Assembly: GCA_951406725.2 (NCBI GenBank)
Contig: OX597827.1
Location: 41,416,001 to 41,480,000 of the forward strand
Length of the DNA stretch: 64,000 bases
Direction of reading: 5' to 3'
Source: Octopus vulgaris
Taxonomy: Eukaryota
Every line of letters starts with the position of its first letter. The first letter of the stretch is position 1. A program made the position numbers and the translations under genes. Positions 16,374-29,708 of the stretch are shown in pieces. Below the pieces are notes generated by a model, which saw nothing but the letters and a program-made list of their open reading frames with translations, searched no databases and was not told the origin of the DNA.

Positions 16374-16406
16374 TTTCTGATGAAGACCTCCGCTCGAAAC
16401 GTTAAA
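16374..16406 (+). ncRNA. Minimal type I hammerhead motif in a family-C-related element (about 16350-16487)
   Basis: TTT-CTGATGA-A-GACC TCC GCTC-GAAAC-GTT-AAA. The sister copy at 18220-18378 has stem II deleted. Confidence 0.6.
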
Positions 16407-16485
16407 TCCTCCTTCTTTCTTTCCTTTCCTGAGCGTCCCACGTCCTCGCGTTGTTGTGTTTTCTCTTTGTTCATGTTTGGATTAG

Positions 16486-16539
<54 letters not shown>

Positions 16540-16727
16540 CTGTGAAATTCATGAAGTCAAACGATATGTTTTGAAATCTTTTTATACGTACGTTTCAGGT
16601 CTGCGTAATATATAATAAGAAATGCATCCATTATGTAATATCTTCCACAGTTAAAACATTTAGAAATATTTTTAATGTGGACGGGATATGGTAGACAGAA
16701 CCTGAGAGAAGCCTGTCGTAAGCACCC

Positions 16728-16820
<93 letters not shown>

Positions 16821-17139
16821 ACGCTTTAACACAAGCACACTGATACAACATACATGTGTGTGTTTGTAAGTGTGTGTGTGTGTGTGCTTGCGTTTGTCCT
16901 CCACCTCCGCTTGACAACCGGTATTGCTTTGTTCACATCCACGTAACTTAGCAGTTCAGCAAAAAACCATAAAAACAAAAACGGTAGAATGAGTATCAGG
17001 TCTTAAAAATTAGTGCTGGATTCGATTTGTTCGACTGGACCCTTCATGGTGCTGTCCCAGCATAACCGCTGTCCAATAACTGAGACAAATATAATGGCTG
17101 TAGTTCTAATGACTAAAACAAGAGGTTATATATATATAC

Positions 17140-17520
17140 CCTTTTACTTGTTTCAGTCGTTTGACTTCGGCCATGCTGGAGCACCGCCTTTAGTCGAGCA
17201 AATCGACCCCAGGACTTATTCTTTGTAAGCTTAGTACTTATTCTATCGGTTCTATTTTGCCGAACCGCTAAGTTACGGGGAAGTATACACACCAGCATCG
17301 GTTGTCAAGCGATGTTGGGGGGACAGACATAGACGCACAAACATATACACACACATACATATATATACATATATACGATGGGCTTCTTTTACTTTTCATT
17401 TACCAAATCCATTCACAAGCCCGAGGCTTTAGTTGAAGACATTTGACCAAGGTGCCACGCAGTGGGACTGAACCCAGAACCATGTGGTTGGTAAGCAACC
17501 TACTTACCACACAGCCACTC
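17140..17520 (-). mobile_element. SINE family A
   Basis: Near full-length homolog. Confidence 0.88.
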
Positions 17521-17522
17521 AG

Positions 17523-17844
17523 TGGCACTCTGTCGGTTACGACAAGCATTTCAGTTGATCCGATCAACGGAACAGTCTGCTCGTAAAATTAACGTGCAAA
17601 TGGCTGAGTACTCCACAGACACGCGTAAACTTAACGCAGTTCTCAGGGAAATTCAGCGTGACAAAGTGAGTGACAAGGCTGGCTCTTTTGAATTTATAGG
17701 CACACCTCATTTTTTGCCAGCTGAGTGGACTGGATCAACGTGAAATAAAGTGTTTTGTTCAAGGACACAACGCACTACAAGGAATCGAACTCAAGAGCTT
17801 ACAACCGTGAACCGAAAATCCTGACCACTAAGCCACGTGCCTTC
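17523..17844 (-). mobile_element. tRNA-derived SINE sharing its 3' tail with 44692-45072 but with a different head/core
   Basis: Tail 'gtcggttacgac..tcaacggaacag..tgctcgt..aattaacgtg..tggctgag..ctccacagacacg' is shared. The head has a B-box-like GAGTTCGATTCC on the minus strand. Confidence 0.8.
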
Positions 17845-17845
17845 A

Positions 17846-17897
<52 letters not shown>

Positions 17898-17931
17898 CTG
17901 CACATATACCCAGTCATATATATATAGAGAG

Positions 17932-18041
<110 letters not shown>

Positions 18042-18376
18042 GAGAGAGAGTATATATATATATATACTCTTTTACTTGTTTCAGTCATTTAATTGTGGCC
18101 ATGCTGGAGCACCGCCTTTAGTCGAGCAAATGGACCCCAGGATGTATTCTTTAGATGCCTAGTACTTATTCTATCGGTCACTTTTGCCGAACCGTTAATT
18201 TACGGGAACATAAACACACCTCCGTCTTCCCTTTCTTGGATCTTTCCTTTTTCTGTGTTTCTGACGAAGAAACGTTGAACCCCACTTCTTTCCTTCTTTC
18301 CTGAGCGTCCAATAATACTATACTTGTTCCACGTCCTCGCGTTGTTTTCTCTTTGTGTTTTCATGTTTGGATTAAC

Positions 18377-18475
<99 letters not shown>

Positions 18476-19232
18476 TATGATAAATGTCATATATTAAATA
18501 AAGTTTACGATATCGTTTCTATATCTATATATATGAGGACACCTATGCGAAAAAATACGTTCAGCGATGTGTAACCATAAGCCATTACTTCATTCATTCT
18601 GTAAGCATCAACATTAATTACATCTTCTTAATTATATTTTCGAACGGGAAATTAAAAATAAAAAAGAAGTTAAAATACGCCTATAAAATATTTCTGTAAT
18701 AAAAATATAATTTTTTTTCTTTTAGCAAAATATTCTTTCAATAACGTATTCTTGTAACAACATTACACTTCGAAATTTATAAAAGATGACACCGAAAAAA
18801 TTATAAGAGATTTATTACTAATCTGGAAAGACCCAAACTGAATATAGCTTACGTGTAAAATACACAAAACATTAAAACTAAGCATAAACTGAAAAAAATG
18901 CTCGTTTAAACAAACCTTATTTAAAACTAAAATTTAAAACTCTAATTAAACTTGGAAATTCTCAGGGGAGAAAAAAAAGAGAAGAAAGTAACAACTAGAA
19001 TATATAGAATGCTACGTACTAACCTTTTGAAATTGTGACCTAAATTATAACAACCTTATGCTATTTTCGATGTTCTATTATCGATAACTTTTCAGGAAAG
19101 AGTATAAAAATGTATTTTTAAAAATGGCTTCGGTAAAGCAAAAAAAAAATTTTTTTTATGACATTAATACCAAATATGAAATATATATAGAAACCGTGTA
19201 AAAACCAAACAGCCAATTGAATTTCTGGTTTC

Positions 19233-19293
<61 letters not shown>

Positions 19294-19604
19294 CTTTGTG
19301 TTTGCGTTATGTAAGTCTCCCATCCGCCGTTGGACAACCGGTAGGTGATTGTTTACTTCCCCTATCATAGCGGTTCAGCAAAAGATAGCCGATAGAGTAA
19401 GTACTAGGCTTAAAAAAAAAAAAAAAACAAACAAAAAAAGGGGACCAAAAACAAAAAAAAAGTACAGTGGTTGATTTGTTCGCCTAAATCCATCAAGGCA
19501 GTGCCCTCGTATGGTCACAATTCTATGACTGAAGGAAATTGAAAATAAAAATTACAACATATTTACTATATTTCCATTTCCACACACTTTCCTCTTGCCT
19601 CTAA

Positions 19605-19950
19605 TATTCTTTTCTTCTCTAGGCACAAAGCCCGAAATTTTTGGGGAGGGAGCAGTCGATTAGATCGACCTTAGTACGCAACTTGTACTTAATTTATCGA
19701 CCGCTTGAGGATGAAAGGCAAAGTCGACCTCGGCAGAATTTGAACTCAGAACGTAACTGCTGACGAAATACCGCTAAGCATTTCGCCCGGCGTGCTAACG
19801 TTTCTGCCAGCTCACCGCCTTAAAGACAGAGACCATATTGTTTTCTACTCTAGGCACAAGGCTCGACATTTTTGGGGAGGGTGCCAGTCGATTAGATAGA
19901 CCCCACTACGCAGGCAAATTCGACCTCGGCGGAATTCGAACTCAGAACGT
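19605..19950 (-). mobile_element. SINE family B copy (19605-19821) plus an internally deleted copy (19840-19950)
   Basis: Homology to 6843-7082. Confidence 0.85.
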
Positions 19951-20047
19951 TTCTTTACTACCCACCAGGGGCTAAACACAGGAAGGAATATTAGGATATT
20001 AGGAACGTCATTGTTCAATCTTTCGCGTTCGTGCGTGCAGATACACA

Positions 20048-20198
<151 letters not shown>

Positions 20199-20365
20199 AT
20201 TATATATATATATACATACATACATACATATATATATATAAAGTTTAGAGATAGAGAAAGAATGGGAGATAGATAGATAGAGGGACCCAGAGAGAGAGAC
20301 GGAAGGAAAGCAAGAAAAAGAGAGATAGAAAGGGAGATAGAAAAGAGATAGATAGATAGATGGAT

Positions 20366-20424
<59 letters not shown>

Positions 20425-20911
20425 AAGGGAGAGAGAGAGAACATTTTCGATTCAACATTGAACGGAACTGAATGTTAGCCTGAAGGAGGTTGCTACGTAT
20501 TGATTCTCTCATAGGTTATCAGAGTGCACAAAACGAACAAACCACACTGAGAACATGTATGTATGTATGTATGTATGTATGTATGTATGTATGTATGTAT
20601 GTATGTATGTATGTATGTATGTATGTATGTATGTATGTATGTATGTATGCATGCATGTATGTATGCTTGTATGTATGTATGCTTGAAAGTATGTTTACAT
20701 ATATGTATGTACCTACCTGTCTTCTCTTTGTCCATTCCTCTAGCGTTTCCAACGCTTTCTCTCAGTCTCTTTCTTTCAAACCTCTCTATATTTCCCTGTC
20801 TACCTGCCTGACTGCCTGTCTCGATTACTGTTAACTACATTCTAATTTCATCTCCTCTCTTACCTGTCTATCGACATAACCCTTCTCTTTCTTTTATATA
20901 TATATATATAT

Positions 20912-20995
<84 letters not shown>

Positions 20996-21526
20996 CTTTC
21001 TTTTCTTCATTTCCAACTCTCCCAGCGCAGTCACGGTTCTCTCTTTCCGCATTCCTAAAACATGACAAAAAGAGAAACGAAGAGATGCAAAAACGAATAT
21101 ACAACTCGATGCAGCATATATTGAAAATTTTTTTGATTCCTTTATTTTGTATTTTTACTGGACTTATTGTGTTTCTAGCCTGCAGAAGTTCGAATAACTA
21201 TGTGCTCAAGTGATACCTTCGTCAGCATTCTTGCAAAGAGAATCGTAAGAGTGTGTTGCAGTTCGTATACATCGGAGAACAGAAAATGGTAATGTACAGA
21301 AACGACTAGAATATTAGAAACAGAAATGCTTTAAATTTGCTATAGAGAAGCAAACTTATGAGACTGCTGTAATTACTGGTATTAAATATGAAAGTGAACG
21401 TACGAGAATGAGCTGTTATTAAAAAAAAAATTATAAGATTAAAATACTTTTCTCTGTAGAAAAGGATAAGCGACAGAACTTAAGGTAGTATAGAACGATT
21501 ATACATATGTAAAATGGATGCTGCTG

Positions 21527-21701
<175 letters not shown>

Positions 21702-21736
21702 ATCTATCTATCTATCTATGTATCTATCTATCTATG

Positions 21737-21767
<31 letters not shown>

Positions 21768-21840
21768 GCATGCATGCATGCATGCATGTATGTATGTATG
21801 TATGTATGTATGTATGTATGTATGTATGTATGTATGTATG

Positions 21841-21877
<37 letters not shown>

Positions 21878-21899
21878 GACTGCCTGCCTGCCTGCCTGC

Positions 21900-21972
<73 letters not shown>

Positions 21973-23200
21973 AACGCATACTCTTCCGCTTCTTGTTGAA
22001 GGGAAGCGTTCCGATGGTTTGGCCATCCATTTGCTGTCAACACCCGCTAAATGGAGGGCTAGGCATGCCGTGGTTGATGATGCGCAGATATGCGCTAAGA
22101 CTGCGACATCTCCGGCGCTTCATAGGCGTCGACAAACAGGTGTAGTCGACGTTTGTGCAGCGCGCTCTCCCGCAGTTCGTCTCCTTGGCCGAACTGCAGT
22201 CGTGGATCATACAGAGACCGACGCTAGGCGAATGGCACCGCGAGTGTCGCGTTGCTCTCAAGCAACTCTGCCGTCTGGGACCAAACTTGTGCGACTGCAT
22301 TACAATAAAGGCGTTCTATAGAGGATTGTTGGAGGGGAAGGGCGATGACGTTCTCGGGCAGAATCTGGGCGTCGACCAGGAACACCTGACCCGCCTGTTC
22401 AGGACAACTTTCGGGCCGGGACCTATGGACAATCACCAAAGATCCCTGGCCTGGCAGTGTTATCGAGAAGCATTACCTGTTCGGGATAAGCTCTACAGGC
22501 ACGGTTCGAGACACACCGGACCGACTTGCCCGAGATGCGGTCAGAGCGACGAAACCGTTCTGCACGCACTCGTGCAGTGTCCAACCATTTCGGACCTGTG
22601 GGCTTATACCGAACGGCTGATGTCACGTGTGGGACGAGTCCTCCTGTCGGCCGATTCTATCGGGACAATTGCTCCGCCACTTTCCCTCAATCGGGAAGGC
22701 TAGGCAGTTTTCATCCTACTGGTAGCCATGATGAAAGAATGTCTGTGGTCGACTCGAGCGAAAAGGTTAGAGACAAACACTTACCTCTCTGGCTAATCAC
22801 TCATCAACTTTTTCAAGTACCACTTGAAAAGGAAGATGAGAATGGAAAGGCAGGTTTTGTCTCGTGAAAGTTTCAAAAAAAGGTGGATGAATGTAGCAAA
22901 GATGGTGCGTGCGAGAGACGAAACCACTTTGAGCATGATCCTGTAAATCGAAAAAAGAGAGAGAGCACTTTGCTCTCATGTGTTTATTACCGTGGTCTAT
23001 TCCGTAGGCTTTTCTTTCCACGGATTAACCTAATCTTGCTTCTTACATTTAAAAAATGTAATACAGGATACAGGATCCCTTTTGATCGCTTTTTTTGTTA
23101 TTTTTTCCCGACCCCTTTTGATCGTAATTCTTTTTTTCTCTTTTGCCCCCTCTTTCTTTTTCATTTTCGAAAAGAAAAGCTCTACATTTGTATAGTTCTA
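21973..23200 (+). mobile_element. 5'-truncated, degenerate Tx1/L1-clade retrotransposon, same family as 7489-8604
   Basis: Translation ILFRFLLKG..CQHPLNGGLGMP (post-RT L1/Tx1 motif) and CPRCGQSDETVLHALVQC, with in-frame stops. Begins directly after (TATC)n; the 3' UTR is cut at about 23200. Confidence 0.88.
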
Positions 23201-23280
23201 TATTTAAGGGATGAGGAATTATGTACATTATTTATATTATTTACATTCGACGGATATTTGTCCTCATCTTGTTTGTTGTT

Positions 23281-23326
23281 AACACAACGTTTCGGCTGAT
23301 ATACCCTCCAGCCTTCATCAGGTGTC
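23281..23326 (-). ncRNA. Minimal type I hammerhead ribozyme, consensus core
   Basis: Minus strand reads GACAC-CTGATGA-A-GGCTG(10-nt loop)CAGCC-GAAAC-GTT-GTGTT, with palindromic stem III AACGTT. Confidence 0.85.
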
Positions 23327-23622
23327 TTGTTTTCTAGGAGTGGCTGTAGCTGTCGAATAACTAGCAGCAGTAATAATAATAGTCGTCATGGTGAAGTTCC
23401 TCCTCCTGGGGTTTTAATAGAAATAGGGTTCTTCGACCCCTTGTCTTTATTTCTTATGAATAACTTGCATATCCATATATCCACACACACACACACACAT
23501 ACCAGAACCAAAGGATATTATCACGTGCTCTTGCAGGAAGAAGGAAAGTAAACTATGAATGTTAATTTTAATTTAGTTTTATTAATAGCTCTTTTCTCTT
23601 TATATATCTCATTTTGTACATA

Positions 23623-23660
23623 TTTTTGATAAGGGTTTTCAAAAACCGAAACATGTAAAA
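23623..23660 (+). ncRNA. Hammerhead-like motif, U3-A8 core variant
   Basis: TTT-TTGATAA-G-GGTTT TCAA AAACC-GAAAC-AT-GTA-AAA. Stem I is only 3 bp. Confidence 0.5.
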
Positions 23661-23740
23661 GGAAAATTAAAATGTACCCAATTTTAAGAAAGTAGCATTT
23701 TCGTTCTTGTTTTTCATATATATATATATTTTCGATGGCC

Positions 23741-23803
23741 TGATCACTGAAGAGATGGCGGCATGGGTTTCCGCCCCGACATCCGAAACTCGGAGTTTTA
23801 TCA
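23741..23803 (+). ncRNA. Type I hammerhead ribozyme
   Basis: Stem I TGATCA/TTATCA (1 mismatch); CTGAAGA (23747-23753); stem II GATG..GCGG/CCGC..CATC; GAAAC-T CGG A-GTT. Confidence 0.65.
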
Positions 23804-23900
23804 TGGCTACCGAAAAATTGTCACATATTATATTTACTGATAAATTCCTCTATTTACATAATATCGAGGTCTCTTTCATTTCTATCAATATATATATATA

Positions 23901-23947
<47 letters not shown>

Positions 23948-23950
<3 letters not shown>

Positions 23951-24315
23951 CTGTCTGGAATGGACACCGATGTGGTTAGAAAAATGCAAGAGAATGAAAC
24001 ATTTAAGGACCATTTATAAAGAGCTTGCAAATCCTGGGCCTAAGATACACTTTTAGCTTAATGCCTATTATTCTTGGAGCAACAGGATACATACAGACCC
24101 ACCTGAAGCAAAGTATGGCTCAACTTGGAATATTGGGGAGAGAACGCAAATCCTTAATTTTTATACTACAAATGATCACGATATATGGAAGTATAAAAAT
24201 CGACAGGACCCTCTTAAAATTTAAAGGATGATGAGCAAAGCAAGATTCTTTCTTTCACATCATTGCTACTAAGTAGGTGGCCGGTAAAAATTTATTCTAA
24301 ATCAATAAGTGAAAG
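23948..24315 (+). mobile_element. 3' fragment of an RLE-type non-LTR retrotransposon (R4/Dong-like)
   Basis: LQILGLRYTFSLMPIILGATGYI..LGIL..LQMITIYGSIKI resembles RLE-element C-termini. Followed by (CATA)n at 24315-24820. Confidence 0.6.
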
Positions 24316-25105
24316 AATACATGCATACACACATGCATACATATATACATACATTCATACCTACATACATTCATATATATATATACACACACACGTACAA
24401 ACATACATACATACATACATACATACATACATACATACATACATACATGCATACATACACGCATACATGCATACATACATACACACATACATACATACAT
24501 ACATACATACATTCATACATTCATACATTCATACATTCATACATACATACATACATACACACATACATACATACATTCATACATACATACATTCATACAT
24601 ACATGCATGCATGCATACATACATACATACATACATACATTCATACATACATACATACATACAAACATTCATACATGCATACATACATACATACATACAT
24701 GTATACATGCATGCATACATGCATACATACATACACACACATACATACATACATACATACATACATACATACATACATACCCACATACATTCATACATAT
24801 ATAAACACACGTACATACAGCCAGCCAGCCAGCTAGCCATCTAGACAGGCAGACAGACGGGCTTATCACACAGACTAACTGAAAACAGGAGACAGACGAG
24901 AATATTAAATATATATGAAATGCAATATATAAACGCTTGCCAAGTCCCCAGGGAGATTGTAAAGGGCGTGTAATTAGTTTCTCTATTATGTTAAATAGAT
25001 GAGAGATAAACCTCTACCTGTAGAGGTAATGCTTTATCATCTATGTGGCCTATATATGAAAAAAGAATAAAGCAAACAACATACATAAATAATACATACA
25101 TACAT

Positions 25106-25499
25106 AAATGGGGCACTGGGATATGCAACACACTGGTCAAATGCCAATCTTGAGAAATTAGGCTTCCCAAAACCAGAAACGAGAAAGCTAATATGAAGAC
25201 TACAGATCCAAGCCATCACTGCAACGGTAAAGATCTGTGAAACTTTCTAGAAGTTTATCATTTAAGTATATAATGAGCATGTCTAGATATGCAACTATAT
25301 GCATGAGAATGCATACATAAAACATACAAATCTGCACATACATACATACATACATACATACATACACACATACATACATACATATAAACAAAAATACCCT
25401 GTTGTTGGTGTTGAAATTCCAATGAAGGAACCTTGTATCTAGGTTAGAAACCGGTTCTTTCTCTATTGGTAAGAAATCTAGAATTAAACCGAATAATGA
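25106..25499 (+). mobile_element. 3' fragment of an RLE-type non-LTR retrotransposon (R4/Dong-like) in a (TACA)n tract
   Basis: My translation: GALGYATHWSNANLEKLGFPKPETRKLI*RLQIQAITATVKICETF*KFII*. TACA repeats on both sides. Part of the 3' UTR recurs at about 36490-36550. Confidence 0.65.
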
Positions 25500-25909
25500 C
25501 ATACATGCATACATACATACACACAAACAATGCATACATACATACATACATACATACATACATACATACATACATACATACATACATACATACATACATA
25601 CGTTGGTGTAGGCATGTCTTTGCGGTTAAGAAGCTGGCCTTGCAACCGTTAGGTTTCGTGTTCCGTCCCACTAAGGGAATCACCTTGGTCATGTGACTTC
25701 TACAAGAGCACCGTTCCGATCAATCGAATGCCTTGAGTGAGTTTTGGTAGATGGGAACTGTGCAGAAGGATTTATTTACGGTCTTTAAGCTTGACATTTA
25801 ATCTATCGTTTTTCTTTTGACAAAAAGTTTAGGGGCCGTAAACAAAAGAGCACCGATTGTCAAACAGTGGTAGCTGACAAACATAACGACGCGCACTCAA
25901 ACACACACA

Positions 25910-25966
<57 letters not shown>

Positions 25967-26006
25967 CATATTTACCAGTCTGTCTATCTTTCTGTCTTTC
26001 TTTGTC

Positions 26007-26068
<62 letters not shown>

Positions 26069-26262
26069 AATCAATCTATCTAAAGTGCTTCCACACAATT
26101 TCCTTTTATCAAATTAATTCAAAGACACTAATCAGCCCAGAGCTATCGTAGAAGACACTTGCCTAAGGCTGCGCGCTGTGGAATTGGACGTCGAAACCAT
26201 GTGGTTGCAAAACGTGTCCCTTAGCCCCAGAGCCATGCCCAATGCGTAACAGTAATTTCATC

Positions 26263-26386
<124 letters not shown>

Positions 26387-26848
26387 ACGGGCTTCTTTTT
26401 GTTTCCGTCCACAAAATCCATTCCCAAGGCTTTGGTAGGCCTGAGGTTAAAGTAGAAGACACTTACTCAAGGTGCCACGCAGTGGAACTGAACCCGGAAC
26501 CACGTGGTTGGGAAGCAAACTTCATATCAGACAGCCATCTTCCCCAACCCGTCACTTTTTGGTATGATTGGATAATTAATTGATAGTATTTGATAAGTGG
26601 GAGGGACGATGGTGTGAAGTGGGCTGAGGTGTATGGTGGGGGTGATAGGGTGTGGTGGACTGCTTTTCGCGGGGAGCAGAGGTGGGTGAGTGAGAATGGA
26701 ACTGGCTACTGTTTGCAGTCGAGAACGGTATGTGCACGTCTATACGAGTGTGCGCGCGCGTGTAAGTAGTTGTGTGTGTGTGTGTATGCGCGTCTGTGTA
26801 GGTATTTGTGTATGTGTTTGTGAGTGTGTGTTTGTGTATATGTGTATG

Positions 26849-26900
<52 letters not shown>

Positions 26901-27252
26901 TGTGTGTATAGTCTTGGTATTTATTGATGTTGCATTTTTTTTCGGAGTGGAAATAGAGAGGAATTTGCTGAACTTTAGATGACCCCCACATCGACTTTTC
27001 CTCTCCCCCTTGCTATCTCTCGCTCTCTCTCTCCCTCTCTCCTCTCTCTTAACACACACACACACACGCGCCAGCTTGTATACACACAAATATATGTGCA
27101 TTCTTTCTTACATACACCACACAAACACATACACACACTTTTGTGTACATACACACACTCGCGACGAGGAGAGAGAGAGAGAAAGAGATATGAGTCATCA
27201 TCAAATAGATATTGCACACATAAGTACATTGCACATACCAATTTACACACTA

Positions 27253-27307
<55 letters not shown>

Positions 27308-27476
27308 ATATATAGATAAAACTTACTTGGAAGAGGATACGTGGCATTAAATCATATAATAATATAAATAATATATATATATATATTTATATATATATAT
27401 GTATATGTATATGTATATGTATATATCTATATCTATATCTATATCTATATATATATCTATATATATATGTATGTAT

Positions 27477-27798
27477 AGGCGCAGGAGTGGCTGTGTGGTA
27501 AGTAGCTTGCTTACCAACCACATGGTTCCGGGTTCAGTCTCACTGCGTGGCACCTTGGGCAAGTGTCTTCTACTATAGCCTCGGGCCGACCAAAGCCTTG
27601 TGAGTGGATTTGGTAGACGGAAACATCGCTTGACAACCGATGCTGGTGTGTTTACGATGCTGGTTCGGCAAAAGAGACCGATAAATTAAGTACTAGGCTA
27701 ACAAAGAATAAGTCCTGGAGTTGATTTGCTCGACTAAAGGCAGTGCTCCAGCATTGGCCGCAGTCAAATGACTGAAACAAGTAAAAAGAGTGAAAGAG
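27477..27798 (+). mobile_element. SINE family A with the internal microsatellite deleted
   Basis: Head AGGCGCAGGAGTGGCTGTGTGGTAAG, B-box-like GGTTCAGTC, junction ggaaac|atcgcttgac. Confidence 0.9.
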
Positions 27799-27859
27799 TA
27801 TATATATGCATATATACATACGTATATGTACATACATCTATACGTATATATATATGCAT

Positions 27860-28130
27860 ATGTGGGCACAGGACGTCATGAAACTTGTACAACAAAAATG
27901 TACGAAGCACATGGAACATGAGCTATTCTTTTGAACAACGAAAGGCACAAATGGAAAACAAAAGAAACAACATAAAAAACGACCCTTCATCAGTTGTTGG
28001 TTGTTTTTCTAGTCTCGTATTTCGAGCATTTCACAACAATATACGCTTTTGATAAAACAGTTGCTCCTGCAAAGCAAATGAAATAAAATTTGCGATTTTT
28101 GCGGAGGGTCAAAATAGGTAACACAAAAGT
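27860..28130 (-). mobile_element. Dispersed repeat homologous to about 4205-4480 (degenerate HHR-like remnants, possibly Penelope-like)
   Basis: Shared 'cccttc(a/t)tcagt..tttcga..tcctgc.aa(a)gcaaat..tttt.c..gaggg.aaaaat(a/g)g(g)taa'. Confidence 0.5.
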
Positions 28131-28136
28131 ATGTAC

Positions 28137-28169
<33 letters not shown>

Positions 28170-28239
28170 TGTATGTATGTATGTATGTATGTATGTATGT
28201 ATGTATGTATGTATGTATGTATGTATGTATGTATGTATG

Positions 28240-28275
<36 letters not shown>

Positions 28276-28310
28276 AATTATTTATATTATTAATTGTATA
28301 TATACATATA

Positions 28311-28527
28311 TACGAGGAGGTCCTGAAAAGTTCCTGGCTTTAAGAGTATGGTGAAAGGCCTGGCTGGATGTCCAACCTTCCGAATTCTTTTACAGGGCTT
28401 AGAAAAACTGAGGGACCGCAAGAATAAGTTTGTGAATCTAAGAGAGGAATATGTTGAATAAAATCATTACTGATCCCCCTGTATTTTCTTTTACCCAAAG
28501 CCAGAAACTTTTCGTCATCCACGTTTA
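28311..28527 (+). mobile_element. Internally deleted mariner element
   Basis: TIRs TACGAGGAGGTCCTGAAAAGTTCCTGGCTTT / AAAGCCAGAAACTTTTCGTCATCCACGTTTA. Retains a transposase C-terminus, LLQGLEKLRDRKNKFVNLREEYVE*. Confidence 0.85.
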
Positions 28528-29665
28528 CTATTTAAGAAACCAGTGTGTGATTTCTACGGCAGTCTTATAAACTGACAAGGCAAGCGGGCTTAACCCTAAG
28601 CTGGGTATGTGCCACGGACGAGCATTAATCAAATGCGAAATCACTGGTGATCTGGCTATGCCCCAGATGTAGGGAGCTTACCTCTCTTATCGGTCATAAT
28701 GATAAGTGTTTTCTGTGGTTATGAGTTGTTTTGACTCTCATTTCAAGCAATACTGGTGCTGACTAGTGCTCTACACTGGCACTGATTGTTAAAGAATATT
28801 TGAGTATCTCAGACCGGGCAAGACAACTCATTCCGAAGTGATTTATAAAAAGATGTGAAGGAAGATATGTAGGTAGATCTGTACAATTATTTCAAGAATA
28901 GGCGCTTCAGGAATTGTACCAGCTGACCATCATTTCTGGAAACAGCTGTTAGGGTCTACCAATATATCTTACTTCTCACAAAGATTTTGATTCTACCTAT
29001 GAAGACCTGCTTTCACGATCTAATATTGTTAATACAGAAAGACACTACAACTGCTTCAGGAGAATACCAGCATATAACAACCATTATCAACATTCCTCAA
29101 CCAATCTTTCATCGCTCTCTTGTCATCTAAGCTTCTGTAACATCCATTTCTACCCTTAAGTTATATCGACATATTGAGATATAAATGTCTTACTCTGACC
29201 TGATACTAGTTTGCCTTGATCCTGTTATACATGTACCGGTTCAATCGAAGCACTGCTTGTAGCCACTCTTCATTTAGATAACTATAGTATACTTCCATTT
29301 TTAGTCGCCATTTATGTTGGAGTTTAGGCAGGAAGTCAACCTAAGCACCTATCACATATACCTATTATATAACATCATCTGGCATAATATTACCTGAATT
29401 ATATATATATGATAAAAAGTTTTGAATGGTACAACAATGCACTGTAATACAAACAATGGGCTATATACCTGTTGTAATTTAGTCATCCATAGTCTGATAT
29501 GATATTTCGGAATATTATTCCTTCTTCGGATATTCTTAGATGGAGTCGCTGTTATAATCTGTTGAAGTGTTAAGTGAAATTTGCTAGTCGAGGAGAGTAG
29601 GAGGGAGGGGAGAGAGGCAAGGGGAGGAGGTTAGATGAAGGGGGAGGAGAGTTGAGCCCATATGG

Positions 29666-29708
<43 letters not shown>

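Noticed and set aside
28540-29400. Unique non-repetitive stretch
   Set aside because: No open frame or motif I could assign. Possibly an old TE.
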